From the NCBI RefSeq assembly GCF_000142905.1, contig NW_013657654.1, positions 248,001 through 312,000 of the forward strand: a stretch of DNA of 64,000 nucleotides. Direction: 5' to 3'. Of this stretch, positions 34,233-45,490 are shown piece by piece (within the stretch, counting starts at the first letter, position 1; each line of letters opens with the position of its first letter). This DNA comes from Thecamonas trahens ATCC 50062 (taxonomy: Eukaryota; Protista; Apusomonadida). The position numbers were made by a program, and so were the translations under genes. Under the pieces are notes generated by a model. That model made no database searches, was not told where the DNA came from, and saw nothing but the letters and a program-made list of their open reading frames with translations.

Positions 34233-35488
34233 ATGACCCGTGGCGGAGGCCCTTCGAACCCCCGCCTCAAGCCAGTTGGACGTCCGGTCACTCCTCGCCT
34301 GTCCCCGCCGGAGCGAACAACTCCTTCGCCCGCTCCGTCGTCCGCTCCTCCTCACCGGCACTCTCTGCCCCGCCTCCTGCTCACGCATCGCTACCGCCGA
34401 CCTCATCGTCGGCCTCGGCCTCGGCCTCGTGGGCTAGGCGCACTGCTGGGCCTCCCGCTGGGGCTTTTGGAGCTGGAGCTGGAGCTGGGGCTGCTGCGGC
34501 GGGCAGCCAGTGGCAGACAGAGGCTGTGACAGAGGGCGGATCTGCGGTGGGTGGCGCATCTCTGGTTGGAGGTGGCGGTAGTGATGGGCGGCAAGGGCTT
34601 GAGTTGCAGCCGCAAGAGGCAGTGCCTGAAGAGGAGGAGATCGTGCCCGAGGAGCAGGCCTGGGTCGCCGAGTTGCGGGCGTACGAGGAGCAGAAGAAGA
34701 CGGCGCCGTTTGCCACGGGGCCGGTCGAGGTTGTGACGTATGCCAAGATGCAGGAAAAGCAGTCGTCGTACAATCCGCTGACCCAACGGTACCGCGCGCC
34801 GTCGCAGGAGCTTGCCGCGCGGAGGATGGAGCAGGAGCGGCGGTACGCCATGGAGGCCCGCTCTCGGGCCATGGCTCGCCGCTACAACATCCTCTCCAAC
34901 CTCTCGGATGACGAGCAAAAAGGGGCTCAGCTCGGCGCCGTCCGTCCGGACATCCGGCGCGATGGCTCGAGCTCGCCGTCGTTTGTCGGCATCAACGCTG
35001 CGCTCGTGGGCAAGAACAGGACCACAACGAACCACACCCACTACTCATACGACATCATTTCGGGTGCCAAGCTCCCGCCCAACCATGACTCGCTGGCGCC
35101 GTCGATCCGAGGTGGCCACGAGAAGCCCGTCGACGTCACCGAGGGCCTGCGGACCGCCAAGCGCCGCATCGAGCTGGAGGCTGCTGACCGCCGCTTTGAC
35201 ATTGTCACCGGCCGCGAGGTCGCCCACGGCCGCGCCTCGGCGCTGCAGTCTGTCCCGGTCCCAGACTATGCACGTCCGGCGGGCCGCTCGCCGACCCACT
35301 TGCCCGACCGCCCCGGCAAGCGCATCATCAACGTCATGCCGACGTACAACATCATCAACGGCAAGCAGTACGAGCCCACTCCCGCGCAGCGTCGCGCCGC
35401 CCAGCGCCCATCGTCGCGCGCAGGCGCGCCCGCCCTCGCCTCGGCCTACTATGTCCCGGGTCCCGCAAGCCCTGCTGGCAGATGGTAA
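34233..35488 (+). CDS. Hypothetical protein with five [YF][ND][IP][ILV][STN] repeats; 5' part needs a frame change near 34320
   Basis: YNPLT, YNILSN, YDIISG, FDIVTG and YNIING in ORF 34526..35488; the nearest plausible ATG (34233) is in another frame. Confidence 0.55.
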
Positions 35489-35522
35489 AAGAACTAGTGT
35501 ATTGCGCTCACGTCTTCTTGAA

Positions 35523-36971
35523 CTACACAACCACGCGCCGACGGCACCGACTCTTCATCCGCTCAATGGCGGCAAAACCCACGATGCCGATGAACACTGC
35601 GTACGAGCTGGACCACACCACAACCAGCAAACCTGCCACAAGTAGCTTGACATGCCTCATCGGAATGCGGGCGGCCCAAGGTCCGGCGTTGGAAACCACC
35701 ACGGCGCCGAGCGCCAGCATGGTGATGAAGACCTTGTTGAGGAAGCCGCTCGGAATCCAGCACGCGATCACCGCCGTCGCCAGCGCAGCGAGCAGCATCA
35801 GCGGCATTGCGTCGCAAATCTCCTTGCAAGGTCCGGCACAAGCGGTCGCGTCCTTTGGATACCGCACCGGTACCGGCCTGGCCTCGATCGACCGCAGCCG
35901 CGCTTCGAGCGTCTCAATGTGCGAGTGGAGGCGGTCGAGATGGACTGGCGCTGCTGCCGACGCGTGCCGTCCCTGCTCGCCGCGTGGGTACTCGCAGCCA
36001 TAGGGACATGTCATGGTGACGGCCGGGCAGTCGTGGGCGACGTGGTGTTCGATATCGAGCGCTCGCACCGCCTCACCGCATCCCTGTGGGCACGGCTCGT
36101 GCTGGGTGCAGATCGAGATGTGCGACGGGAGCATCATGCCATGCACAAGAGCCGCGCACGTTGGGCACCGCGGGAGCATCGGCTGCAGCGAGGACACAAT
36201 CCGAGCCGCAGACGCGTTGGCTTCAGGCCGTAACTCTTCCTCGCAAAACACACACGGACGCTTTGCGGCCTCGGCCGCGCAGTCGCGGCAGAACACCCGC
36301 TTGCACTCGCACGACGACTCCATCAGCCCCTCGGCCAGTGCGTAGCACGAGGTACAAGTCGTCAGATTGACCAGGTCTCCAAGGCCGGTGGCCGTTGGCG
36401 ACGAGAACAACGACGACGACGGTGGCTGCATTGCAAACAAGTCGTCGGCGTTGAGCGACTGCGGGGGGCATGACGGTGCCGGCGGCGGCGGCGCCGGTGC
36501 CGTCGCAAAGATATCTTCACTGTCGTCCCACTCCCATCCACCAGCCTGGTTGCCAGAGGCAGCTGCAGACGAAGCAGCAGCTTGATGGCGCTTGCGCTGC
36601 TCATCGCCCCGCTCGCCCAGGTGCTTGAACAACCCGACATAGGCGGCGCTTGACGTAGCCCGTGTTGTTGTTGGTGGTGGTGGCGGCTTCAGCAGCATCC
36701 TTGACTTGATGAGCCCATCAGAGGTGATCTTCGGAGGGAGCATCGTCTCAGTCGTCACCGGCGCTCGAAGCCAGCGAGAACACGCCTTGTCCCACACGTA
36801 CTTGAGCTCGGTCCCGTCGTTGCTCTCGTCGTCCGACTCGATGACGGCAAGCGCGTTCCGAAACATCTCCCACTTTGATGGCGGCGGCGGCGGTGGCGGC
36901 GGTGGAGCAGGGCGAAGCTTGTTACGCGAGGCTCGAAGCATGTCGCCGGTCACAACGACACTCCCTCCCAT
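35523..36971 (-). CDS. RING-like + TRAF-type zinc-finger protein with Pro-rich N-terminus and C-terminal TM helices
   Basis: CTSC...CECKRVFCRDC...CVFC; CPTC..HISIC; CPQGC..HVAHDC; CPYGC..H; coiled coil; 3-4 hydrophobic segments. Confidence 0.75.
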   Translation of the reverse strand: MGGSVVVTGDMLRASRNKLRPAPPPPPPPPPSKWEMFRNALAVIESDDESNDGTELKYVWDKACSRWLRAPVTTETMLPPKITSDGLIKSRMLLKPPPPPTTTRATSSAAYVGLFKHLGERGDEQRKRHQAAASSAAASGNQAGGWEWDDSEDIFATAPAPPPPAPSCPPQSLNADDLFAMQPPSSSLFSSPTATGLGDLVNLTTCTSCYALAEGLMESSCECKRVFCRDCAAEAAKRPCVFCEEELRPEANASAARIVSSLQPMLPRCPTCAALVHGMMLPSHISICTQHEPCPQGCGEAVRALDIEHHVAHDCPAVTMTCPYGCEYPRGEQGRHASAAAPVHLDRLHSHIETLEARLRSIEARPVPVRYPKDATACAGPCKEICDAMPLMLLAALATAVIACWIPSGFLNKVFITMLALGAVVVSNAGPWAARIPMRHVKLLVAGLLVVVWSSSYAVFIGIVGFAAIERMKSRCRRRVVV

Positions 36972-37271
36972 GTTAATGACCTGAGTTGAAGGATGCCTTC
37001 CACGTAGGGTAATCTGCGCGGGCTAAAACGTGGCGTGGTTTTGTGAAGGCTAAAAGAACAAAGAACGAAGCTTCCACTGCGACATCGAGGTCAGCGCGCA
37101 GGGCTTCCAAGACGGCGTGCAACGACAAGGCGTCCTGTGCCTTGTTATCATCTACCCGACCATCGGATGTAGATTGAAGCTGTGCCAGCGCAAAGGCCAG
37201 CAATGGCAAGAGCCAGATGCAATGACGTTGGCCCGGATATCGCAGTGTTAGTGGGGGGTACTTCACGAGCA

Positions 37272-38818
37272 TCACGCGAACAACACGTTGCGTGACGACG
37301 GGGTCCGCGGCGTGGTCTTGGTCGGAGCGTGCAGGCCACGGAGCATAAATGTGTCGGCGATGGTGTGCAGGACGCTGCTAAGTGCGTAGCGGAGGTGCCT
37401 GGCGACGAGTCGATCGGGGCAGCAGCTGCGATGTCGAGCGGCGGGTGGCGGCTTTGACTCGTGCTGTCGTGCTCGGGGTGCAGTTGCTGCTGCTGCGTCG
37501 TGGGCGGTGACTGCGACGGAGTAGGGGCGTCGTCAGCAACGATGGCGGCATCAGCATCGAGATAGGCCACAAGGGTGTAAATGAGCGAGTCGGAGATCTC
37601 GACGAGAGCAACAAGGACCGCCAGACCCGGTAGGTCATGATGCGGCGCGGTAGCGCCGATCGAGAGCGCCATGACTTCGGAGATGGCTGCCACGTGGCGC
37701 ATGGGAAGCGGGTCCGAGTCGGAGCCGGCAGCCGCAGCGTGATGCTCAGCAGGCCGCGAGCGGAGCCGGCGTGATGAGTAGCGCAAGAGGACGGCGGCCT
37801 CGTCCTCGATGGCCGCCCAGAGAAGGCCAGGTCCACGTGGACCAACCAGCGCTGCACGTGGCGTGTTTGGCCTGCGCCACTCGACCAACAGCTCGTTGTC
37901 GACCATGTCCCACAGGATGAGGCCAAGCGCGGAGCCGTGAACGTCGGCGTCGACAAACGGCGCAAAGAGCCAGACGTCGAGCGGCGCATCTACCAGTGGG
38001 TTGCCCATCAGGGCGCGGAGCCGCAGCTCGAGCGGACGCAGCAGCGGGTGGACACACTCTGAGCCGGCCACCGCCGCCGCAAGCACCCCATCGCGCACGT
38101 CGTTGGCAGCGGTGCGCTGGCGGGCATTGCCGCGGCGGCGGGCGGGTTGAGCCTTGCGCTTGGTGACTCGCGGTGACTCGCAGGCCTCGGACGATGCAGC
38201 GGTGGCCGAGACAAGCGTGCCCCAATCCGTGGCAATCGAATCGCCGTCATCATCCCCATCTTCCATCCCCACATCCAGCCTGGGATCGCTTGGCCCGGAC
38301 TCACTAGCCGCGCCACTGGTCGGCGCCAGCCGCGGACGCATCATGTCGTGGATGGTGTACGACGAGAGCATCTGCTTCGCCCGCAGCGCCTCGAGATCGA
38401 TCAGTTCCCGGAGCGAGGCTTTGGAAACGTTCTGAGCCAGAAAGTGCAGGACGGCGCGGGCGTGAAGAGCTAGACTGGCCAGAGCCGACAACGACGGCGT
38501 GAGCCACGATGCGGGTCTTGATTCCGCAGGTGAGGGAGACAATGCGTCGGCAGCCGACTCGCTGCAGAGCATGATGACGACCATGGCTGCGTCAAAGGCG
38601 ACGACTGCAGTCAGCGAGCCATGGCTGAGCGAGGTATGACCCTGTGGCCGCTGTGCGCCGGCAAAATCCGCCGCAAGTACGGCCAGTCTTACGAGGCCCT
38701 CGACGTCGACCGCGACTGGTGGCGGGCCACCGGGACCATGCAGCCGCAGCAGGAGCTTTGACCCACGGAGGGCGACAAGACAGCCCAGAACCGACATGCC
38801 TACCACGGGTGCCTCCAT
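37272..38818 (-). CDS. Hypothetical protein, possibly with longin-like domains; C-terminus inferred through a frame change near 37415
   Basis: Long ORF from ATG 38818 with beta-beta-alpha-beta-beta-beta-alpha-like patterns; the alternative frame gives an amphipathic helix RLVARHLRYALSSVLHTIADTF ending at TGA 37274-37272. Confidence 0.5.
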
Positions 38819-39208
38819 ATTGACGGGAAGAGTCGCGTTAGCGAGGTGAAGGCGCTGTCGCGCTCGTCGTGCTCGTCGTGCTCGACGCGCTTGCTGGGCT
38901 CGGTCGGTCCACTTCTTTGCCAACTCGGCCGACTGAGGACGGCGGTAGGGGGGGGGGGGCGGGTGGGGGGTGGCCCAAAGTAACCCCCCAAAAATAGCAC
39001 TGGTCACGGTGTTCCACGCACCCGAGAGTTATCCACTCCTGCTATGGCGCATAGGCTCGGCCTTGAGAAGTGCCAGCTCACAAAGGAGATGGTACTACAT
39101 GTATTAGATTGTGGGTGTGGTGTTGGATTGGGTTGGCGGAGTGGTTCGGTGGGGTCGGCGGGAGAGGTGGCAGTGGTACCGGGAGGAGGTTGAAACATCC
39201 TGATGCGG

Positions 39209-39241
39209 CTTCATGAAGATTCGCGGGTGACAGAATAAAAA
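39209..39241 (+). promoter_or_regulatory. Heat-shock element (cTTCatGAAgaTTCg) plus adjacent TATA-like AATAAAAA
   Basis: Perfect three-unit inverted nGAAn array at 39209-39223, about 175 bp upstream of the Hsp104 ATG. Confidence 0.8.
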
Positions 39242-39397
39242 GCAGCGAATTGTGGAGCTACCACACACAGTCCGTCAGCCAACTCAACGATCTCGACAGA
39301 GACAAAGACAGAGACAGAGCCAGGAAGGCAAGGAAACAAGCGCATCAACAAGCACAACAACCACTACTTTGCTCGTTTAACTACACACTAGCCAATC

Positions 39398-42229
39398 ATG
39401 GCATCGATGAACCCTAACGAGTTCACCAACTACGTCAAGGAGACAATCAACAAGGCCGGCGAACTCGCCACCAAGCATGGGAACCCATCTGTGACGCCAA
39501 TTCACATGGCTCATGTCATGTTTACGGATCCGGACTCTGTGGCGGCGCAGGCATGCAAGAAGCTGAACGTGCCATGTAACGCCAACGCGCCGCTGGTCCA
39601 CAAGCTGCGCGAGGCGGTGGAGGCAATCAACTCACAGTCGCCGGCACCAGAGAACCCTGGCCTGTCGCGGCTGGCGATCGAGGCGCTGCAGGCGGCGTCC
39701 GAGGCGATGAAGCAGCGTCGCGATTCGTTCCTCGCAGGAGACGCGCTGCTCCACGGGCTGATGACTAACTCAAAGGTGTCGTCGGTGTGGACGTCAACGA
39801 CTGGCAAGTCTGTGGACGATCTCAAGCGCACGCTGGACGAGATGCGCGGGTCGGCGCGGGCCGACTCGGCCAACGCCGAGGGCTCCATGGACGCGCTGTC
39901 CAAGTACGGCATTGATCTGACGGAGCAGGCGCGCGAGGGCAAGCTCGACCCAGTCATCGGCCGCGACGAGGAGATTCGGCGCGTGGTGCGGATTCTCGCG
40001 CGGCGGACCAAGAACAACCCGGTGCTGATTGGTGAGCCCGGAACGGGCAAGACGGCCATTGCCGAGGGCCTTGCACAGCGGATCGTCAACGGCGACGTCC
40101 CGCAGTCACTCCTCTGCACCATCATTGCGCTCGACATGGGCTCGCTTGTTGCCGGTGCCAAGTACCGTGGCGAGTTTGAGGAGCGGCTGAAGGCAGTGCT
40201 GAAGGAGGTGACCGACGCCGACGGCGAGATCATTCTCTTCATCGACGAGATCCACACGGTGATGGGCGCTGGCAAGACCGACGGGGCCATGGACGCGGCC
40301 AACTTGCTCAAGCCGCTGCTTGCGCGCGGCAAGCTGCGGTGCATCGGTGCAACGACGCTTGACGAGTACCGACAGCACATCGAGAAAGACTCGGCCTTTG
40401 AGCGCCGGTTCCAGCCAGTGTACGTCAACGAGCCATCGGTCCCGGACACCATCTCGATTCTCCGCGGCCTCCGCGAGTCGTACCAGGCGCACCACGGCGT
40501 CAAGATCCTCGACGCCGCGCTGGTGTCGGCGGCCAAGCTCTCGTCGCGGTACATCACTAACCGGTTCCTGCCCGACAAGGCCATTGACCTAGTCGACGAG
40601 GCATGCGCGGCCAAGCGCGTGGCGCTCGACTCGCAGCCGCCGGCGATCGACAGCCTCACCCGCAAGAAGCTGCAGCTGCAGGTGGAGGCGACTGCGCTCA
40701 AGTCGGAGAAGGGCAAGGACGCCAAGAAGCGGCTGGAGCGCGTGCAGGCCGAGCTGCAGGAGATCGAGACCGAGCTTGCGCCACTGATGGAGACGTACAT
40801 GCGCGAAAAGGGCCGCATTGACGAGATCCGGCGGCTCAAGGCCAAGGTCCAGGAGCTGGAGCGCAAAATTGCCATTGCGGAGCGCAACAGTGACCTGGCG
40901 ACTGCGGCAGATCTCAAGTTCTACGCCCTGCCAGACCTTGTGCAGCGGCTCAAGGTGATGGAGGGTGGCGAGGAGGGCGCCGCGTCGACGTCGCAGTCGT
41001 CGATCTCGCTCGACGATGACGAGGACGACGGGTCCAAGGGCATGCTCTCGCAGATTGTGGGCCCGCACGACATTGCGTCGGTCATCGCACGTTGGACGGA
41101 CATTCCGGCGGAGGAGCTCTCTGCCAACGAGAACGACAAGCTGGCGCGGATGCCCGAGGTGCTTGCGGAGCGGGTCGTGGGTCAGCGGCAGGCGGTCAAG
41201 GCTGTGGCGCACGCCATCCAGCGATCGCGTGTCGGGCTCTCGCGGCCATCGGCGCCGATGGGCTCGTTCCTCATGCTGGGTCCGACCGGCGTGGGCAAGA
41301 CCGAACTGGCCAAGGCACTCGCGGGCGAGCTGTTCAACGATGACAAGCACATTGTGCGGATCGACATGTCCGAGTTCTCGGAGAAGCACTCGGTGGCGCG
41401 GCTCATCGGCGCGCCGCCGGGCTACGTCGGCTACGAGTCAGGCGGCGTGCTAACCGAGGCTGTCCGCCGGCGGCCGTACAATGTGGTGCTCTTTGATGAG
41501 GTGGAGAAGGCGCATCCGTCGATCTTCAACGTCTTGCTCCAGGTCCTCGATGATGGGCGACTGACTGATGGCCAGGGCCGGACGGTCGACTTTTCCAACA
41601 CGGTCATCATCCTCACCTCGAATCTCGGCGCCGAGGCGCTGCTTCAGTGGCACGCATCTCGCGATCCGGCCGAGGAGCTGCGCGCGCTCTCATCGTCGTC
41701 GGGCAAGTCTACCAAGGCGCGCAAGAACCTGCGCGGCGGCAAGGTGGTGGTCGAGTCCGACGACGACGACATCGACGACCTTGCCGAATGCTCGTGCTCG
41801 CCCAAGATCCCCAACGAGGTCCGCGACGCCATCATGGCCAAGGTCAAGGCTCACTTCCGCCCCGAGTTCCTTAACCGGCTCGACGACATTGTCATCTTCT
41901 CGCCGCTCGACGCCGGCGATCTCTCGCACATCCTCCGCCTGCAGATGGCCAAGCTCGCTCAGCGCTTTGCCGACCGCGACATTGTGCTCCACATCGACGA
42001 GCCAGCAGCACGCTTTGTCATCGCCAAGGCATACTCTCCGGTCTACGGCGCACGTCCGCTGCGCCGCTTCCTCGAGCGGCGGATCGTCACCGCCCTCGCC
42101 AACAAGATGCTTCGCAACGAGCTCCCGAACCACTCAGCCGTCATGATCTCGCACGACGCAAGCTCGGACAACCTCAGCTTTGTCGTCCGAGCTCTTGGTG
42201 CTGATGAAGCCACTGCCATGCGCCACTGA
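39398..42229 (+). CDS. HSP104: Cytosolic Hsp100 disaggregase ClpB/Hsp104
   Basis: [31 protein letters not shown], middle coiled coil, [21 protein letters not shown] and YGARPLRR; intronless. Confidence 0.97.
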   Translation: MASMNPNEFTNYVKETINKAGELATKHGNPSVTPIHMAHVMFTDPDSVAAQACKKLNVPCNANAPLVHKLREAVEAINSQSPAPENPGLSRLAIEALQAASEAMKQRRDSFLAGDALLHGLMTNSKVSSVWTSTTGKSVDDLKRTLDEMRGSARADSANAEGSMDALSKYGIDLTEQAREGKLDPVIGRDEEIRRVVRILARRTKNNPVLIGEPGTGKTAIAEGLAQRIVNGDVPQSLLCTIIALDMGSLVAGAKYRGEFEERLKAVLKEVTDADGEIILFIDEIHTVMGAGKTDGAMDAANLLKPLLARGKLRCIGATTLDEYRQHIEKDSAFERRFQPVYVNEPSVPDTISILRGLRESYQAHHGVKILDAALVSAAKLSSRYITNRFLPDKAIDLVDEACAAKRVALDSQPPAIDSLTRKKLQLQVEATALKSEKGKDAKKRLERVQAELQEIETELAPLMETYMREKGRIDEIRRLKAKVQELERKIAIAERNSDLATAADLKFYALPDLVQRLKVMEGGEEGAASTSQSSISLDDDEDDGSKGMLSQIVGPHDIASVIARWTDIPAEELSANENDKLARMPEVLAERVVGQRQAVKAVAHAIQRSRVGLSRPSAPMGSFLMLGPTGVGKTELAKALAGELFNDDKHIVRIDMSEFSEKHSVARLIGAPPGYVGYESGGVLTEAVRRRPYNVVLFDEVEKAHPSIFNVLLQVLDDGRLTDGQGRTVDFSNTVIILTSNLGAEALLQWHASRDPAEELRALSSSSGKSTKARKNLRGGKVVVESDDDDIDDLAECSCSPKIPNEVRDAIMAKVKAHFRPEFLNRLDDIVIFSPLDAGDLSHILRLQMAKLAQRFADRDIVLHIDEPAARFVIAKAYSPVYGARPLRRFLERRIVTALANKMLRNELPNHSAVMISHDASSDNLSFVVRALGADEATAMRH

Positions 42230-42624
42230 TGGATATAAACATTGGGAGAAGTCACGATCGCTGTGTTCAGGCTGCTATGCGCGCGGTTGGCGCAGATGTG
42301 TTGGCTGGCCGCTGCAGCCGAGGCGGAGCCGAGGAGTAGCTGACGGGCCGCCGCCGGGCAGCTGAGGCAGCGATGGTGGACACTGGCAGTGAGACTGGGA
42401 GCCACTTGACTACAGCCCCTTCCCACACACAGCCCACGCACATACACCCACACCCACACATACACACAACGGAACACACTCGGTGTGGCTGTCTGGAGTG
42501 GTGTTGGTGCTGGAGTGGCTTGTGTGACTGGTCCCGCGAGGCAGCGACAGAGATAGAGAGCGAGCCGGTAGGGACAAGAGACGGGACGGAGGCAGCAAGG
42601 GAGGTCATCGGGAACTGGCTAGAC

Positions 42625-43075
42625 AAGCTCAACTGATCGGACAGGCAAGCACAACTGATCGGACAGAGAAGCACAACTGATCGGACAGGCAAGCACAACT
42701 GATCCGACAGGCAAGCTCAACTGATCGGACAGAGAAGCACAACTGATCGGACAGGCAAGCACAACTGATCGGACAGGCAAGCACAACTGATCCGACAGGC
42801 AAGCTCAACTGATCGGACAGAGAAGCACAACTGATCGGACAGGCAAGCACAACTGATCGGACAGGCAAGCACAACTGATCGGACAGAGAAGCTCAACTGA
42901 TCGGACAGGCAAGCACAACTGATCGGACAGAGAAGCACAACTGATCGGACAGAGAAGCACAACTGATCGGACAGGCAAGCACACCTGATCGGACAGGCAA
43001 GCACAACTGATCGGACACACAAGCGCATCTGATCGGACATACAAGCGCAACTGATCAGACACGCAAGCACAACGC
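42625..43075. repeat. 22-bp minisatellite AAGC[A/T]CAACTGATC[G/C]GACAG[GC/AG], about 20 copies
   Basis: Head-to-tail units with no spacers, degenerating at the right end. Confidence 0.95.
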
Positions 43076-43235
43076 GGATATGGCATCGCATCTGATAGAG
43101 GGATGCACTTCCATGTGTGCTGCCTACGGCGGAGTCCGTGGGTGGTGTAACAAGGGCGACAGGTACGTGGTAGGAAGGGAGGGCAGAGCGTGGGTGTGGG
43201 TGTGGGCGATGACCTTCTGACTCACTCGAATATGG

Positions 43236-44912
43236 ATGGGCAGATACGGGCACAAGTCGCTGATGACCTGCTGCTGCTGCGAATACGCGCTCAAGTGCAT
43301 TCAGTGCTCAGTAGCTTGCGTGGTGTGCCACAACGTGTGCTGGCTCTGCTGTTCCAACGTGTGCTGCGAGTCGCGCGCCAACACGTATCTGGCCACAAAG
43401 CTGCCGCTGGCTGCTGTCGTCCCGCTGCTCCGCACTGGCGATATCATCCTGTTCTCGTCGGACAACATCGTGTCCAAGATCGGGACAAACTCGCGCTGGA
43501 CCCACGTCAACATGATTTACAGGCCCAATCTCCGCTCCGAGCCGTACTGCTTCGAGGTCACACTCCATCGCTGGCTGCCTACCCGTCACAAGGGCGGCGC
43601 TCAGCTGGTCCCGTTTATGGAGAAAATCGAGACCTATGATGTCGGCGGCCGCTTTGCCTGGCGCAGACTCCGCCACTTTCGCTTCACCCGCAAGCGCAAG
43701 CGCATCCTGCGCGCCTTCTTTGATGAGGTCGAGGACAAGCCGTACCAAGTCGACATGGCCGAGATGATGTACGCCGGCTTTGGCATGGGCAACGAGCACG
43801 ACACCCTCGAGTCCATGTTCTGCTCAGAGGCCATCGCGGAAGCATACAAGCGTCTCGGCCTCCTCCCGGCCGACATCCCGTCCAACCGCTACACCCCCGC
43901 AGACTTTGGCACCGAACACCGCGCCGGCCAACACCTCAATCTGCTCGGCGGCGCCCGCCTCGCCCCCGAAGTCGAAATCCTTCGCAAAGAAGACATCGAC
44001 CTCATCGAGGCCGCAGAGACCCGCCGCCACCACCTCAACGCCATGTTTATGGCTACCCCAGGCACCCGCGACCGCTTCTCAGTCTACACGGCCTCGCTCG
44101 TCATGAACCCGGCCGTCCTCATTGCCCTGCCCTTTGTCTCCTACCGCGCCATCGCCAATGGTGAGCTCTCGTCGGAGGACTTCTCCACAGGATCGTTCAT
44201 CACGGGCAAGGTTCCGGCCGGCCGTGACCACTCTCGCCGCGGCCGCAAGACGTCGCGCTCCCACTCGGCCTCGTCGCTCACTGTTCCGGGCAGAGGCAGC
44301 TCGTACATCTACGACTCGGACGCCGTCGACGCTCTCCTTGCAGCATCCTCTGACGCCGGTGACTCTTACATCTACGAGTACGGCTACTACACATCGGGCG
44401 ATGGCACGCCGCACCTCCCGCACGGCTCGTCCTCGTCGCCCGCGCCTGAAGTTCACTTTGCCCCAGAGACCCGCATGACCGCCGCCTCGTCGTCGTCGGG
44501 CCATGCCTCGCCGCTCGGCTCACACGCCTCGTCGTGGTCATCGGACTCGCATGTCACCACAAAGGTCCTCCAAGCTGGCTCGACAGGCGTGCCGGCCATC
44601 ACCACCTCTGCTGTCCGTGTCGAGTCTGACCCGCCGTCCCGCTTGGGAGAGCCCAACGTGCCCATGTACGGCCACGGCGACGACCACCTGCTCAACATGG
44701 ACAAGCCGGCCCACGCCCCGGTCAATCCCGTTCGCCGCGCCGCGGCCTCAGACCTCGTCATCGACTCGGCAAAAACCTCCATGTACATCCTCGGTGGTAC
44801 CTACTCGTACTCGGGAGCCTCGGCTGACCTTCCACATCCCGAACACAAGCTCGAGCCGTCCATGTCCATCTCGGATGAGTTTGACTTGGTCTTCGACGAC
44901 GCAGACCGTTAA
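43236..44912 (+). CDS. Permuted papain-like amidase (YiiX/YebB-like NlpC/P60) with Cys-rich N-terminus and disordered tail
   Basis: LRTGDIILFS, SRWTHVNMI (His), KPY, SMFCSEAIAEAYKRLGLL (Cys) and YTPADF. Confidence 0.85.
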   Translation: MGRYGHKSLMTCCCCEYALKCIQCSVACVVCHNVCWLCCSNVCCESRANTYLATKLPLAAVVPLLRTGDIILFSSDNIVSKIGTNSRWTHVNMIYRPNLRSEPYCFEVTLHRWLPTRHKGGAQLVPFMEKIETYDVGGRFAWRRLRHFRFTRKRKRILRAFFDEVEDKPYQVDMAEMMYAGFGMGNEHDTLESMFCSEAIAEAYKRLGLLPADIPSNRYTPADFGTEHRAGQHLNLLGGARLAPEVEILRKEDIDLIEAAETRRHHLNAMFMATPGTRDRFSVYTASLVMNPAVLIALPFVSYRAIANGELSSEDFSTGSFITGKVPAGRDHSRRGRKTSRSHSASSLTVPGRGSSYIYDSDAVDALLAASSDAGDSYIYEYGYYTSGDGTPHLPHGSSSSPAPEVHFAPETRMTAASSSSGHASPLGSHASSWSSDSHVTTKVLQAGSTGVPAITTSAVRVESDPPSRLGEPNVPMYGHGDDHLLNMDKPAHAPVNPVRRAAASDLVIDSAKTSMYILGGTYSYSGASADLPHPEHKLEPSMSISDEFDLVFDDADR

Positions 44913-44933
44913 AACCGTGTGCACCGCTGCCGC

Positions 44934-45407
44934 TCATATCTCGTCACGTATGTCATCCAATTCGGGCCGATGCCGCCCAGCTCGCGCCGCGATCGCCTCG
45001 CTCGCCACTGCCGCCGTTGCCTCGCGGACCACCAGCGGCTCAACCCCGGCCTCCCACGCTTCGATCCACCTTGCCAGGCACAGGCACCAGCGATCGCCCG
45101 GCCGGAGTCCCGGAAAGCTCGACCGGCGCCTCGGCGTGACGAGATCGTTGCCGCGCGAGCGGCTAAAATCCAGAAACTCCGCCGTCATCTCTGCGCACAC
45201 CACATGCGCTCCTCTGTCGTCAGCCTCAGCGGTGCATCGTCCGGTACGCCGCCACCCGGTCAGGGGGTCGACCGAGCACAGCACGAGCTCGCCGCCGTCA
45301 ATGTTTACCAACCACTGTTTGCTACTGCGGCGCGAGCCCGCGGCCAATCCAACCATGACTGCCATGGTGATTACGACGGACATGGCGGTCCAAGTCGCGC
45401 CTGTCAT
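44934..45407 (-). CDS. DUF2237 family protein with N-terminal signal/anchor
   Basis: LCSVDPLTGWRRTGRC...DRGAHVVCAEMTAEFLDFSRSRGNDLVTP..FPGLRPGDRWCLCLARW.EA.EAG. Confidence 0.88.
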   Translation of the reverse strand: MTGATWTAMSVVITMAVMVGLAAGSRRSSKQWLVNIDGGELVLCSVDPLTGWRRTGRCTAEADDRGAHVVCAEMTAEFLDFSRSRGNDLVTPRRRSSFPGLRPGDRWCLCLARWIEAWEAGVEPLVVREATAAVASEAIAARAGRHRPELDDIRDEI

Positions 45408-45490
45408 CGTTCCTCGCTGTGTCGGGTGTTCGTCGCGCTGACACCACCCGCAGCAACTCTCCCGCATCGGTGGCCGTGGCTCTGCTCGGC

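Noticed and set aside
36973-37275. ORF ending 1 nt before the next ATG (apparent bicistronic arrangement)
   Set aside because: It has no recognisable motifs, and the upstream gene more plausibly ends at 37272 in another frame.
39511-40917. Long antisense ORFs (for example opposite HSP104, SLC12A9 and OGA)
   Set aside because: Expected shadows of GC3-rich codon usage, with no motifs.
42625-43075. Possible CRISPR array
   Set aside because: Units are head-to-tail with no unique spacers, there are no cas genes, and the context is eukaryotic.
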